Assembly: GCF_001194135.2 (NCBI RefSeq)
Contig: NC_068986.1
Coordinates: 63,238,319-63,302,318, forward strand
Source of the DNA: Octopus bimaculoides
Lineage: Eukaryota
Length of the DNA stretch: 64,000 nucleotides
Direction: 5' to 3'
Part shown: positions 63,243 through 64,000 of the stretch, piece by piece
Position numbering within the stretch: the first letter of the stretch is position 1
Layout: each line of letters begins with the position of its first letter
Translations under genes and position numbers: made by a program
Notes under the pieces: model-generated
Database searches by the model: none
What the model saw: only the letters and a program-made list of their open reading frames with translations
Told to the model about the DNA's origin: nothing

Positions 63243-64000
63243 AGTCAGTAAATAGTGGGGTTGTGTTAACCGCACATGGAGAAATAATAGGAAAATGAAA
63301 AATAATAATAAGGCAAAATGCTAAACTGAAAGCATATTTTAATATAGATTTCTAACCAGCTTCCATTGTATGGCAAATTTTCAAGAAGAGGGAGAATGAA
63401 AATGCTTTTTACAAAAAAGTAAAAAATGAAAAAAATAATATATAAAAAAATAAATATACCAATACATTATATTGTCTTTGAGCTTTTAAAGTTCAATGGT
63501 AATCCATTTAGATAATGGTTGGAAAAATCAGGATGCATGAAAATTGAGAGTGGTGTTTGGTTTAAAAAAAAAGAAAGTGTTAAGCAGGAAGTGTGGTATC
63601 AAAACAGGAAGTGTGGTGTCAAAACAGGAAGTGTGTGTAAGGAGAGACAAATCTTTTTAGTTGGAGTTATGAACTCTTTGTCAACAGGAAGTTTATGTCT
63701 GTTCCTAGAGAAATAAAGTCACTGAGGGGTTTGTGTGTTAAGAAATGGTTGGAATTTCTCTATGAAAAGATTCTCCTTGTTGATTCTTTCTTGTGTGGAG
63801 ATTCTGTCTTTACATTGATAGAAAGGGAATATAAGGAATTTAGGGTTTTTGTTTCTGGCGCAAGAGTCTCTGTGGCCACTGAGTGGAATTTGGCAGTATT
63901 GAGGGAGATTTATTTGTTCTTTATGGACTACTACTCTTCTACACAACGGGAGGCTCGTCTGTCCGATATAGAAGTGTTGGCAACCTGCTCATGTGAGGAC
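63243..64000 (-). mobile_element. Penelope-like element 3' end: C-terminal GIY-YIG endonuclease plus 3' UTR ending at (TA)n; continues beyond the window
   Basis: VLT*AGCQHFYIGQTSLPLCRRVVVHKEQI...PLSGHRDSC...FLIFPFY...ERINKENLFIEKFQPFLN. Stop near 63719. Confidence 0.85.

Overview
This is AT-rich, microsatellite- and transposon-dense animal genomic DNA with three assembly gaps. It is most likely from an octopus or other coleoid cephalopod; that is inferred from the repeat families, not proven. I could not identify any host protein-coding exon with confidence, and nearly every ORF in the supplied track is a decayed transposon fragment, a microsatellite translation or an N-run. Recognisable content: (1) several fragments of an RTE-clade LINE whose RT region carries an inserted PHD-type zinc finger; (2) a near full-length but disrupted R4/Dong-clade RLE retrotransposon (about 9190-12990, minus); (3) a truncated mariner and a mariner-derived MITE; (4) two DINE-1/Helentron-like non-autonomous elements; (5) many tRNA-derived SINEs, including a dense inverted and tandem cluster at 53.7-58.1 kb; (6) a foldback element with about 150-bp inverted arms; (7) a cluster of Penelope-like element fragments at the right end. 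The most notable signal is a complete type I hammerhead ribozyme fold at 6456-6548. It has a U4C core variant, a palindromic stem III and a long extended stem I. It sits inside a hairpin-rich, ORF-less element that starts at a (TA)n tract and runs into a 704-N gap, making it a candidate retrozyme or Penelope-derived self-cleaving RNA element. Boundaries of decayed repeats are approximate.
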